This document shows positions 44,836 through 54,428 of a stretch of DNA of 54,565 nucleotides, one piece after another. The DNA is from Phycisphaerae bacterium. GTDB taxonomy: Bacteria; Planctomycetota; Phycisphaerae; WQYP01. The stretch is taken from assembly GCA_038248985.1 (NCBI GenBank), contig JBBRWV010000005.1, positions 1-54,565 on the forward strand, given 5' to 3'. Position 1 is the first letter of the stretch. Each line of letters opens with the position of its first letter. Both the position numbers and the translations under genes were made by a program. Under the pieces are notes generated by a model, which did no database searches, was not told the origin of the DNA, and saw nothing but the letters and a program-made list of their open reading frames with translations.

Positions 44836-46005
44836 TTACGGCTGAACGCGCGTCACCATCTTGATCGCGCCGCCTTCAAACTTCAGCACCACGCCCGGCT
44901 TCTTCGCGTTCCACTCCGCATCAATCGTGATGCTCCCCGTCACCGCCGGAAAATCCTTCGTCTTCGCCAAAGCATCCCGAATCTTCGGCGGATCCGCCGA
45001 CCCGGCATCCTCGATCGCCTTGAACAAAATATTCGCCGCGTCATACCCCAGCGCTGCCATCGCGTCCGGAGACTCCCCGTTGAATTCCTTCTTGTACTTC
45101 GCCACAAACTCTACCACTTTTGGGTCCTGGTCCCCCGCGAAATAGTGGTTCGTGTAATAGCACCCCTCCAGCGATTTTCCGCCCATTTTCAATGTCACCT
45201 CGCTGTCCCATCCATCCCCCCCGATAAACGGACACGTCATCCCCAACTCCCGCGCCTGGTTCACAATCGGTGCCACCTCCGTGTAGTACCCCGGAAGAAA
45301 AACAATATCAGGATTCAAGCTCTTCAGGTTCGTCAACTGTGTCTTGAAATTCGTTGCCCCCGCTGAATAATTCTCCCGCCCCACAATCGTCCCGCCCAGC
45401 TTCGGAAACTCCGCCTCCAGCACTTTCGCCAGCCCCGTTGAATAATCATTCCCCACATCCACCAGCAATGCCGCCTTATTGATCTTCAAATTCTCCGCTG
45501 TGAACTTCGCAATCAACACCCCCTGAAAATCATCCGTAAAACAGCTCCGAAAAACATAATCCCCAATCTGCGTCACCGTCGGATTCGTGCTCGCCGGCGA
45601 TAGCAGCGGCACTCGGTTCCGCTGCGCCTCCGGCGCCGCCGCCTTGCTCCGACTGCTCGCCACCTCCCCCAGCACCGTGCACACCTTGTCCTGCTCCAGC
45701 AACTTCAACATCGCCAGCGGCGTCTTCTGCGGGCTTGATTCCGTGTCCGCCGTCACAATCTCCACAGTCTTCCCCAGCAGCGGCCCCTTCGCATTGCGTT
45801 CCTTCGCCGCCAGCCGAATCCCCTTATCGCTCGACTGCCCAAAAGTGCTGTTGAGTCCCGTCATCGAATTCAGACTGCCAACCTTGATCGTCGTCCCCGC
45901 CACGCCCGCCCCATTCCCACCATCGCCGCAACTCCCCATCCCCGCCGCTGCAATCATGAGCCCGCATCCCGCCACCGCCCGCAGCATCATCTTCATCACG
46001 CTCAT
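44836..46005 (-). CDS. Branched-chain amino acid ABC substrate-binding protein (LivJ/K-like)
   Basis: Lipoprotein-like signal; SPASTNPTVT, FRSCFTDDFQG, GGDGWD, ALGYDA. Confidence 0.93.
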   Translation of the reverse strand: MSVMKMMLRAVAGCGLMIAAAGMGSCGDGGNGAGVAGTTIKVGSLNSMTGLNSTFGQSSDKGIRLAAKERNAKGPLLGKTVEIVTADTESSPQKTPLAMLKLLEQDKVCTVLGEVASSRSKAAAPEAQRNRVPLLSPASTNPTVTQIGDYVFRSCFTDDFQGVLIAKFTAENLKINKAALLVDVGNDYSTGLAKVLEAEFPKLGGTIVGRENYSAGATNFKTQLTNLKSLNPDIVFLPGYYTEVAPIVNQARELGMTCPFIGGDGWDSEVTLKMGGKSLEGCYYTNHYFAGDQDPKVVEFVAKYKKEFNGESPDAMAALGYDAANILFKAIEDAGSADPPKIRDALAKTKDFPAVTGSITIDAEWNAKKPGVVLKFEGGAIKMVTRVQP

Positions 46006-46033
46006 TTCGCTCTCCAAAAAAATAGACGCGCTT

Positions 46034-46672
46034 TCACTCCAGCCGAGACGTCCGCGTCGCCGGCTGCGTTCCCGGCGCCGTCTCCGCGCCTTTTTTCTCT
46101 TCCGGTTTCAAATTCTGCGACCTGTAAAAAAAGTCCCGATGCGATTGCAACATCGTCTCCATCGTCGCCGCCTCGTCGTACCGCGCCGTAAAATTACCTC
46201 GCACCCGGCACCGCCCAATATTGTCCACAAAACTCGTGCTCGCCTCCGACAACCGCAAATCCCCATCCATCAACCGCGCATCGATCTTTCCCTTTCCCGG
46301 CTTCCCGCGAATCCGTATGAACCCCGCCCCTTCGTACATCCCCACCGCCGTCGATGTCATCACCACATACCGATACGTCGCATTCAACGATGTCGGATTC
46401 ATGCTCGTCACCCCGCCCTTCGGCCGCCAGAACACCCGCGCCGTCAGCATCTGCTCCACCGTCTCATTCAGAGCCTTGTCATACGTACTCGCCCGACCCA
46501 CAAAATACAGCGTCCCGTCCTGATCTACCCGGTACGTAATGCTGCTGAACTTCGGCTGAATCACCGCCTGCTTCCGCCCCACCGGTTCAATCGTCACCGG
46601 CCGCCGCACCATGCCGCATCCACCCGCACCGATCGCCAGCCACATCGCCATCACCATGAACAATATTTTCAT
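46034..46672 (-). CDS. Hypothetical lipoprotein
   Basis: MKILFMVMAMWLAIGAGGC lipobox; beta-rich mature domain. Confidence 0.75.
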   Translation of the reverse strand: MKILFMVMAMWLAIGAGGCGMVRRPVTIEPVGRKQAVIQPKFSSITYRVDQDGTLYFVGRASTYDKALNETVEQMLTARVFWRPKGGVTSMNPTSLNATYRYVVMTSTAVGMYEGAGFIRIRGKPGKGKIDARLMDGDLRLSEASTSFVDNIGRCRVRGNFTARYDEAATMETMLQSHRDFFYRSQNLKPEEKKGAETAPGTQPATRTSRLE

Positions 46673-46747
46673 CTGCTGCTTCCTGTGAATCATGGCGGGT
46701 AGTGTATCGGCACACGCACCCAGTCGCTACCCACCACCCCGCACTTC

Positions 46748-47116
46748 TCAATCCCCAGCGGACGCATGCTTCCGAATCTCCGGCTCCTCCCCCCGCCCAA
46801 ACAGCTCCGCCAACTCCCGCAAATACTGAAACGTGTAAATCCCCGCATCGTGCCCGTCCGACCACCGGATCCGCATCGCATAATTCCCCACCAACTCCGC
46901 ACCCGTCGCCTCAATCGGCCCGTCATGTGTCGTCTTCACAATCGGCATCAGCGTTCGACCCAGCAAATCCCGCTCCCCCTGGCACCCCGCGCACGGGCAA
47001 TGCTTCCGCAAGTACCGCACCGGCAGCTCCGCCTTCACCCCATCCCCCCACGCAATGTCTAACGCCTCCGTCTTGCGCAAATGCAAATGTACCGGAGTCA
47101 CCTCGTCACTACTCAT
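46748..47116 (-). CDS. DUF971 / GBBH-like N-terminal domain protein
   Basis: YLRKHCPCAGC, VGNYAMRIRWSDGHDAGIY. Confidence 0.9.
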   Translation of the reverse strand: MSSDEVTPVHLHLRKTEALDIAWGDGVKAELPVRYLRKHCPCAGCQGERDLLGRTLMPIVKTTHDGPIEATGAELVGNYAMRIRWSDGHDAGIYTFQYLRELAELFGRGEEPEIRKHASAGD

Positions 47117-47194
47117 ACAGCGTACCTCGCATCTCAAACCTGCCGCGCCATCCTATCATTGAACCCACCCCAACACGAAGCTATCCTCTCCCCC

Positions 47195-47644
47195 ATGACC
47201 ATTGAATACGACAACCCCGAAAACTACCTCCCTCCTCTCAAGCCCCGCGATCCACCCCTCATTCCCATCGTCGAAGTCCTCGCCGTCAGCAATGTCACCC
47301 TCTACTCCTCCCACGTCCCCACCCAAAAATTTCGCGACTTCTACGAAAAGCTCCTCGGCCTCGCCTTCGTCGAAGCCACTACCGACCATCTCCACTTTCA
47401 TTACTTTCAGCACCACGTCCTGATCGAACAACGTCACGCCCCCGCTGACGAGATCTCCGCCGAGACGCCCGTCCAGGGCAAACTCATCCTCACCGTCCGC
47501 CGTTATGATTCCGCCCTCGAGCAACTCCGCCAGCACCACATCCCCTGCGAACTCCTCCACACCGAATCCGGCCTCGCCCGCATGGCCCTCTTCCAAGACC
47601 CCGGTGGCAACTGGATCCACCTCATCGAAATCCGTCCCCTCTAG
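47195..47644 (+). CDS. VOC/glyoxalase-like protein
   Basis: FYEKLLGL and FQDPGGNWIHLIE motifs. Confidence 0.75.
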   Translation: MTIEYDNPENYLPPLKPRDPPLIPIVEVLAVSNVTLYSSHVPTQKFRDFYEKLLGLAFVEATTDHLHFHYFQHHVLIEQRHAPADEISAETPVQGKLILTVRRYDSALEQLRQHHIPCELLHTESGLARMALFQDPGGNWIHLIEIRPL

Positions 47645-47708
47645 CCCCTTCGTCATTTATCATTCGTCATTGCTCCCAATCTCTGAAACCACGCTACAAT
47701 CTCGGGCT

Positions 47709-48854
47709 ATGATCTATCTCGACAACAACGCCACCACCCAACTCGACCCAGCCGTCCGCGACGCCATGCTCCCCTTCCTCACCGATCGCTACGGCAATCC
47801 CAGCAGCACCCACCGCTTCGGCCAAGAATCCCGCCAAGCCATCGAACAAGCGCGCTTTCAAGTCGCGGAGTTGCTCGGATGCGATGCCAAGGAAATCCTC
47901 TTCACCAGCGGAGGCACAGAATCGGACAACGCCGCACTCCACGGCCTCCTCGCCATGCGCGCCCCCCGCAAAACTCTCATTGTCAGTAGTGTCGAACACT
48001 CCGCCATCCGCGAACCCGTCCAAGCCCTCGCCAAACAGGGCCACCGCATCATCGAAATCCCCGTCGACCTTCACGGCCGCTTCGGCCTCGACGCCTTCAA
48101 ACTCGCCCTCCAAAATACCGATGTCGCACTCGCCAGCATCATGTGGGCCAACAACGAAACCGGCACCCTCTTTGACATTCGCACACTCGGCGAACTCTGC
48201 CGAAAACACAACGTCCCCTTCCATGTTGACGCAGTCCAGGCCGCCGGCAAAATCCCCCTCGACCTCCGTGACCTCCCCCTCGACCTCCTCTCTATCTCCG
48301 CCCACAAATTCCACGGCCCCAAAGGCACCGGCGCCCTCTACATCCGCCGCGGCACTCGCTGGCAACCCTGGCAACGCGGCGGCCCCCAGGAACACGATCG
48401 CCGCGGCGGCACCGAAAATGTCCCCGCCCTCGTCGGCATGGGCCAAGCCGCCGAACTCGCCCATCTCGATCTCCAAAAAGACTCGGCCCAAATCCAATCA
48501 CTCCGCGACCGCTTCGAAAACCAAATCCACTCCCTCATCCCCGACACCCACATCAACGGAGACCTTGAAAACCGCCTCCCCAACACCTCCAACATCGCCT
48601 TCGCCGGCCTCGAAGCTGAAGCCATCCTCCTCCTCCTCAGCGAGCAAACCCTCTGCGCCTCCGCCGGCGCCGCCTGCTCCAGCGGCAGCCTCGAACCCAG
48701 CCACGTCCTCCGCGCCATGCACCTCCCCGACCGCCTTGCCCACGGCGCCGTACGGTTCAGCCTCAGCCGCTTCACCACTCCCGCCGACATCGACGCCGCC
48801 CTCGCCATCATCCCCCCCATCATCGCCCGCTTGCGAACCACCCTCCCCGTGTAA
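47709..48854 (+). CDS. iscS: Cysteine desulfurase (IscS/NifS type)
   Basis: MIYLDNNATT, FTSGGTESDN, HVDAVQ, SAHKFHGPKG, SAGAACSSG. Confidence 0.95.
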   Translation: MIYLDNNATTQLDPAVRDAMLPFLTDRYGNPSSTHRFGQESRQAIEQARFQVAELLGCDAKEILFTSGGTESDNAALHGLLAMRAPRKTLIVSSVEHSAIREPVQALAKQGHRIIEIPVDLHGRFGLDAFKLALQNTDVALASIMWANNETGTLFDIRTLGELCRKHNVPFHVDAVQAAGKIPLDLRDLPLDLLSISAHKFHGPKGTGALYIRRGTRWQPWQRGGPQEHDRRGGTENVPALVGMGQAAELAHLDLQKDSAQIQSLRDRFENQIHSLIPDTHINGDLENRLPNTSNIAFAGLEAEAILLLLSEQTLCASAGAACSSGSLEPSHVLRAMHLPDRLAHGAVRFSLSRFTTPADIDAALAIIPPIIARLRTTLPV

Positions 48855-48887
48855 CGCCCTGACCCTTGACCCCTAAAGAGCGCCCGG

Positions 48888-49343
48888 ATGAACTTTCCCG
48901 AAACCCAATCCCTCGCCCACCAGCTCCTCGCCGACTTCCAACTCTCCGATTGGCACTTCGGCTGGAACCGCCGCAAGCGCGCCCTCGGCCTCTGCCGCTA
49001 CCGCGAGAAACGCATCGAACTCTCCCACCACTTCGTTACCCACAATGACGAACCGCAAATCCGCGAAACCCTCCTCCACGAAATCGCCCACGCCCTCGCC
49101 GGCCAGAAAGCCGGCCATGGCCCAATCTGGAAAGCCACCTGTCGCCGCATCGGCTGCCAACCCGTTGCCTGCGACAAAGGCGAAGCCATCATGCCCTCTG
49201 GCCGCTGGCGCGCCCAATGCAAAACCTGCGGCAAAGAATACCACCGCCACAAACGCCCTCCCAAACACGCCAAATACTGGTGCCGCAAATGCGGCCCCGA
49301 AAAAGGCACCGTCCAATTCTTCATCCTGCTCACCACCCCCTGA
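48888..49343 (+). CDS. SprT-like zinc metalloprotease
   Basis: LLHEIAHAL...GHG..W; C-terminal CKTC/CRKC zinc ribbon. Confidence 0.9.
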   Translation: MNFPETQSLAHQLLADFQLSDWHFGWNRRKRALGLCRYREKRIELSHHFVTHNDEPQIRETLLHEIAHALAGQKAGHGPIWKATCRRIGCQPVACDKGEAIMPSGRWRAQCKTCGKEYHRHKRPPKHAKYWCRKCGPEKGTVQFFILLTTP

Positions 49344-49365
49344 CCCCTCACCCCTGACCTCTCAG
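49338..49365. repeat. Heptamer tandem repeat between convergent sprT and prfC ends
   Basis: CCCTGAC CCCTCAC CCCTGAC CTCTCAG; related copies at 48857-48874, 37571-37591 and 4554-4578. Confidence 0.6.
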
Positions 49366-50975
49366 CCCGTCGCCACATCACTCTGAGTATCCTGAAGCCC
49401 AATCGTCGGAAACTGCGTCCCGAAATAACGCAGCGACCACGCCGTCTCAAACAGCAGGGTCGGACGCTGATGCTGATCCACCATCAACACCACTCCCGTC
49501 GGCAAAATCGCCTCGCGCAACGCCTCCGCATCCTTCGGATTCGTCAGCCATCGCAAATGCCGCCATGACGCCATCTCCAACCGTGAGTCCGCCCCGTACT
49601 CATTCAGCAACCGAAAATGTATCACATCAAACTGCAACGCCCCCACCGCCGCCAACAGCGGCAGCCGCGACGTCGCATCAATCCGATACAACAATTGCAC
49701 CACCCCCTCCTGTACCAACTGCTCCAATCCCTCCCGAAATTGCTTGGTCCGCTTTGAATTCGTGCTGTGCAGATATGCAAAACACTCCGGTGAAAATCGC
49801 GGTATCTCATCAAACGCCGCAATTGATCCCGTCGTAATCGTGTCGCCAATCCGTAAGTCCGGATGCCCCACCAACCCCAGCACATCCCCCGGATACGCCG
49901 TATCCACCGTTTCGCGCTCCCGCCCAAACAACTTGTGCGTGCTCGCCAAGCGAATCACCTTGCCCGTCCGCACAATACGCACCGTCATGTCCCGCTCAAA
50001 CGCCCCCGACACAATCCGGATAAACGCAATCCGATCCCGATGCTTCGGATCCATATTCGCCTGGATCTTGAAAATAAACCCTGAAAAATCCGGATGCTCC
50101 GGCACCACCGGCACACCACCCGCCACCCGCGGCGTCGGTGCCGGCGAATGTTCCAGAAACGCATCCAGCAAAGCCTGAATGCCAAAATTGTTGATCGCGC
50201 TTCCAAAATAAACCGGGGTCTGCTTCCCCGCCGATACCGCCGTCTGATCGAACATCGCCCCCGCACCCTCGAGCATCGCCAACTCGTCCACCGTCTGCGC
50301 ATACAGCGACGGCGACAAAGCATGACGCACCAACTCATCTCCAATCCCTGCCACAGTCTCCGGAGCCCGATAAGCACCCTGCGGCGTCCGCTCGAAAAGA
50401 TGCACCTGCTGCAACTGCCGATCAAAAACTCCCTTGAAATCCGGCCCCGTCCCCAGCGGCCAGTTCATCGCCACCGCATGAATTCCCAACACCGATTCCA
50501 ACTCGTCCAACAACCCCAACAAATCCCGCGATGGACGATCCAGTTTGTTCATGAACGTAAAGATCGGTATCCCGCGCCGGCGGCACACCTCAAACAACTT
50601 CCGCGTCTGCTCTTCAATACCCTTAGCCGCGTCGATCACCATCACCGCCGCATCCACCGCCGTCAGCACCCGGTACGTATCTTCCGAAAAATCCTTGTGC
50701 CCCGGCGTGTCCAGCAAATTGATCACGCGGTCCCGATACTCAAACTGCAGCACCGTCGACGTAACCGAAATCCCCCTCTGACGTTCCAACTCCATCCAAT
50801 CCGAAGTTACGGCCCGCTGCTGCTTCCGCGAAGTCACCGAACCCGCCAAATGAATCGCTCCCCCATACAGCAGCAGCTTTTCCGTCAATGTCGTCTTGCC
50901 GGCATCCGGATGCGAAATAATCGCAAACGTCCTCCGTCGGGCGACCTGTCGGGCAATTTCAATCGGCGCAGCCAT
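49362..50975 (-). CDS. prfC: Peptide chain release factor 3
   Basis: RRRTFAIISHPDAGKTTLTEKLL, SDWMELE, DTPGH, FKIQANMDPKHRDR. Confidence 0.97.
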   Translation of the reverse strand: MAAPIEIARQVARRRTFAIISHPDAGKTTLTEKLLLYGGAIHLAGSVTSRKQQRAVTSDWMELERQRGISVTSTVLQFEYRDRVINLLDTPGHKDFSEDTYRVLTAVDAAVMVIDAAKGIEEQTRKLFEVCRRRGIPIFTFMNKLDRPSRDLLGLLDELESVLGIHAVAMNWPLGTGPDFKGVFDRQLQQVHLFERTPQGAYRAPETVAGIGDELVRHALSPSLYAQTVDELAMLEGAGAMFDQTAVSAGKQTPVYFGSAINNFGIQALLDAFLEHSPAPTPRVAGGVPVVPEHPDFSGFIFKIQANMDPKHRDRIAFIRIVSGAFERDMTVRIVRTGKVIRLASTHKLFGRERETVDTAYPGDVLGLVGHPDLRIGDTITTGSIAAFDEIPRFSPECFAYLHSTNSKRTKQFREGLEQLVQEGVVQLLYRIDATSRLPLLAAVGALQFDVIHFRLLNEYGADSRLEMASWRHLRWLTNPKDAEALREAILPTGVVLMVDQHQRPTLLFETAWSLRYFGTQFPTIGLQDTQSDVATG

Positions 50976-51118
50976 GAAAACTCTTTCAAACGGGTAAATC
51001 ACTTGGGTCGAGAAGTTTACAGCGATTGACCACCCAGCGAAAGAACGCGCGCTCACGTTCGACCCCCTTGGCGCAATGATGCCTCGGATAACGTATCTGT
51101 TAAGAGACGTGGAAGTTA

Positions 51119-53083
51119 TTACCAGCGAACGACGGCCACGCCGTGGCGGGGCAGATCGAGGGATTTTATTTTTTGGTTCTGCAGCAGTTCCAGTTTGGAA
51201 GCCGGAAGTTCGACGGTTTGGAGTTCTTCCGTGTGGTTGATTAAGAATACAATTTTCTTTGCTCCTCGCTGGCGGACGGAAACTTCGACGCCGGCCGGTG
51301 GAACGATGAGGGGCTTGATCCGGGCGGATTCGAGCAGCAACGAGATCAGGCGATCATAGAATTCAGGCTGGCTAACAAGTGTGCCCAGGTAATAGGCGGA
51401 GCCTTTTCCAAACGCATTGCGGGTAAGTGCGGAATAATCCTTCAAGTGCCAGGCGTCATAGGTCGCAAGGGTTTCGGCAGTGGTGGGACGTATCCAGTCG
51501 GTGTAATGAACAGCGGAAAAATCGCCGGTGAATTCCTTGCCGATGAGCGGAAATTTCATATCTGTGGCGAGGCAGTCGTATTCGGGAATTTCCAGGCCGA
51601 GAGCCGGTGCGAGCAAACCGGGGAGGACGCGGTCATAACACAAGGAAGTTGCGTCTTTGACGCCGGTGCGGCAATCAGTGAAAAGCACTCCGCCATTTTT
51701 GACAAAAGCGCTAAGTTTATGTGCGATGTCATCGGGAAGGATGTGCAAATTGGGCGCGAGGACTAATTTATACTTGGACAGATCTGCGCTGGTGGGGACC
51801 ACGTCCACATTGGTGCCGGCGCGGAAGAGGGCGTTGTAGTATCGGGCGACAGTGGTGGGATAGTCGTTGCCCGGAAACAGTTTTTGTATATCGGTGGCCC
51901 ACATGGAGTCGTAGTCGTAAACGATGGCGACTGAGGGTCGGACTGTTGTGCCTTCGAGATGTTGGGCGAGTTGATGATATTCTTGGGCGACCTGAGCGGC
52001 TTCCTTGTAGCGGCGGTTGAGTTTGCCATCGTGCTGCAGGAGGCCGTGCCAATACTGTTCGCGTCCGGCGGTGCAGGTTCGCCAGCGGAACCAGATTTGC
52101 CCATCGGCACCGTGGGCCAGCTGCTGATAGGCGACGGAACGGATTTCACCGGGGTAGGGATTGCGCCCGGCTTCGCTCCATCCGCCGGATCCGGCGGTTT
52201 GCTCCATGATCCAGAAATTTTTTGATTTGAGTCCGCGCATGAGGTCGGCGGCCAGGGATGCGGAGTAGCGGATGTCGGGGCGACCCCACACGGGATAATT
52301 ATCCCAGGAGACGAAATCGAGTTCGCGGGCGAGGTCGAAGTAGTTGATTTGTTTATAGAGGCCCATGAGGTTGTGAGTGATGAAATGCCGAGGGCACAAC
52401 TCGCGAAGAATAACGACTTGTGCATGCTGGAAGCGTACGTTCATATCAGAAGCGAATCGCTGCCAGTCAAGACACGCGGACGGATTATGTGTAGAAAAAT
52501 CGACGGGGATGGGGATTTCATCCCAACGCAAATAGCGATGACCCCAAAAGTGCGTACCCCACGCGCGATTCAGTTCCTCCAGGCCGGCATATTTTTCGCG
52601 GAGGTAATCTTGAAATGCGTGCCGGCACGAATGGCAGTAACAGTAGGGACCACCAAACTCGTTATCGGTTTGCCAGCCGATGAGGGTGGGTGTTTTGGCA
52701 AAGTGGGCAGCCATTGCGCGGGTGATGCGTTCGGAGAAGAGGCAATAGGTGGCGGAGGTGAAGCAGTTGTTTTTGCGCACACCCCACACCTCACGGCGGC
52801 CATCGCGATTGGTGGCGAGACATTCGGGATACTTGCGGGCCATCCACGCGGGCATGACCGCGGTGGGCGTACCGAGGATTACCGAGATCCCCTGTTTTCC
52901 CAACAACTGAATGGCGTCGTCGAGCCAGCCAAACTCATACTGACCTTCAACGGGCTCCATGTTGACCCAGGAAAACTCCGCGAGCCGGACTACGTTGAAG
53001 CCAGCTTTGTGCATGGCCTGAGCGTCGGTTTTCCAACGTTCGCGTGGCCAATGTTCGGGGTAATAATCCACGCCGATGTACAT
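51119..53083 (-). CDS. Beta-galactosidase, glycoside hydrolase family 42
   Basis: GVDYYPEHW, acid/base WQTDNE, CYCHSC zinc motif, nucleophile WIMEQ. Confidence 0.95.
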   Translation of the reverse strand: MYIGVDYYPEHWPRERWKTDAQAMHKAGFNVVRLAEFSWVNMEPVEGQYEFGWLDDAIQLLGKQGISVILGTPTAVMPAWMARKYPECLATNRDGRREVWGVRKNNCFTSATYCLFSERITRAMAAHFAKTPTLIGWQTDNEFGGPYCYCHSCRHAFQDYLREKYAGLEELNRAWGTHFWGHRYLRWDEIPIPVDFSTHNPSACLDWQRFASDMNVRFQHAQVVILRELCPRHFITHNLMGLYKQINYFDLARELDFVSWDNYPVWGRPDIRYSASLAADLMRGLKSKNFWIMEQTAGSGGWSEAGRNPYPGEIRSVAYQQLAHGADGQIWFRWRTCTAGREQYWHGLLQHDGKLNRRYKEAAQVAQEYHQLAQHLEGTTVRPSVAIVYDYDSMWATDIQKLFPGNDYPTTVARYYNALFRAGTNVDVVPTSADLSKYKLVLAPNLHILPDDIAHKLSAFVKNGGVLFTDCRTGVKDATSLCYDRVLPGLLAPALGLEIPEYDCLATDMKFPLIGKEFTGDFSAVHYTDWIRPTTAETLATYDAWHLKDYSALTRNAFGKGSAYYLGTLVSQPEFYDRLISLLLESARIKPLIVPPAGVEVSVRQRGAKKIVFLINHTEELQTVELPASKLELLQNQKIKSLDLPRHGVAVVRW

Positions 53084-53138
53084 AAATCTTCATCCTGAAA
53101 GTAAGGGATCAGCGACCTCATGAAAAACACGGGGTTTA

Positions 53139-54266
53139 TTATTTGCCGCCTTTGGACGGACGACCTTCTTTCACTTCTTTTGGTTCCTTGCCTTCTTTGG
53201 CGTCTTTGGCATCCTTGGCGTCTTTGGCTTCTTTCTCTTTGCGTTCGGCGGGGTCGGCGGGGGATTCGATGGCGAGTTTTTTGGCCAGGACCTTTTCGCG
53301 GATTTCCTTGGCGACGTCAGGATTGTCTTTAAGGAATTGGCGGGCTTGTTCGCGACCCTGGCCCATACGGACGGGGCCGTAGTTGAACCAGGCGCCGGAT
53401 TTTTCGATGACGTTTTCATTTACACCGAGGTCGAGCATGTCGCCTTCGTAGGAGATGCCGGAGTCGAAAAGGATGTCGAATTCGGCTTCGCGGAACGGGG
53501 GGGCGATTTTATTTTTGACGACTTTGGCGCGGACGCGGTTGCCGATGGCGACGTCGGCTTCTTTGATGGCGTTGATGCGGCGGATATCGATGCGGATGGA
53601 GGAGTAGAATTTGAGGGCGTTGCCGCCGGTGGTGGTTTCGGGGTTACCGAACATGACGCCGATTTTCATGCGGATCTGGTTGATGAAGATGACGAGGGAG
53701 CGGGACTTGCTGACGGCGGCGGTGAGTTTGCGCATGGCCTGGGACATGAGCCGGGCCTGGGTGCCCATGGTGGCGTCGCCCATTTCGCCTTCGATTTCGG
53801 ACTTGGGGATGAGGGCGGCGACGGAGTCGATGACGATGACGTCGACGGCGTTGGAGCGGACGAGCATTTCGACGATTTCGAGGGCTTGTTCGCCGGTGTC
53901 GGGCTGCGAGACGAGGAGGTCTTTGAGGGAGACGCCGAGGCGTTTGGCCCAGGTGGGGTCGAGGGCGTGTTCGGCATCGACGAAGGCGGCGACGCCACCG
54001 AGTTTTTGGGCTTGTGCGATGATGTGGAGGCAGAGGGTGGTTTTGCCGGAGGATTCGGGCCCGAAGACTTCGCAGATGCGACCTTTGGGCATGCCGCGGC
54101 CGCCGAGGGCGATGTCGAGGGAGAGGGCACCGGTGGGGATACCGTCGATGGCGAGGGGGTTGACGCCGTCGAGGGACATGATGGCGCCTTTGCCATACTG
54201 TTTTTCGATTTGAGCGAGGGCGCGGTCGAGGGCGGATTCGCGTGGGGTGGGTGCTTCTTTGGACAT
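53139..54266 (-). CDS. recA: Recombinase RecA
   Basis: [37 protein letters not shown]; AAGGA RBS before ATG 54266. Confidence 0.99.
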   Translation of the reverse strand: MSKEAPTPRESALDRALAQIEKQYGKGAIMSLDGVNPLAIDGIPTGALSLDIALGGRGMPKGRICEVFGPESSGKTTLCLHIIAQAQKLGGVAAFVDAEHALDPTWAKRLGVSLKDLLVSQPDTGEQALEIVEMLVRSNAVDVIVIDSVAALIPKSEIEGEMGDATMGTQARLMSQAMRKLTAAVSKSRSLVIFINQIRMKIGVMFGNPETTTGGNALKFYSSIRIDIRRINAIKEADVAIGNRVRAKVVKNKIAPPFREAEFDILFDSGISYEGDMLDLGVNENVIEKSGAWFNYGPVRMGQGREQARQFLKDNPDVAKEIREKVLAKKLAIESPADPAERKEKEAKDAKDAKDAKEGKEPKEVKEGRPSKGGK

Positions 54267-54336
54267 TGTGGATTCCTTCTGTAAGGGTGAACAGCCACAG
54301 GTAACGGACAAGAATTGTGGCTGAAAGTAGGGACTA

Positions 54337-54364
54337 AGTATACCGAACGAATACTGAACGTCAA
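54337..54364 (-). promoter_or_regulatory. recA sigma70 promoter with overlapping GTTC-N7-GTTC direct repeat
   Basis: TTGACG (54364-54359), 16-nt spacer, TATACT (54342-54337); GAAC-GAATACT-GAAC at 54345-54359 on the + strand. Confidence 0.7.
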
Positions 54365-54428
54365 CGGAAATTTGAGGAGGATTTTTGGGGGGAAGGAGGG
54401 TGGGAGGAGGGCGGCGACGGTTTTCTAG

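Noticed and set aside
51080-51106. dif-like sequence (CGGATAACGTATCTGTTAAG) at the skew switch
   Set aside because: XerC-like and XerD-like arms are only 3 nt apart instead of 6, and the XerD arm is poor.
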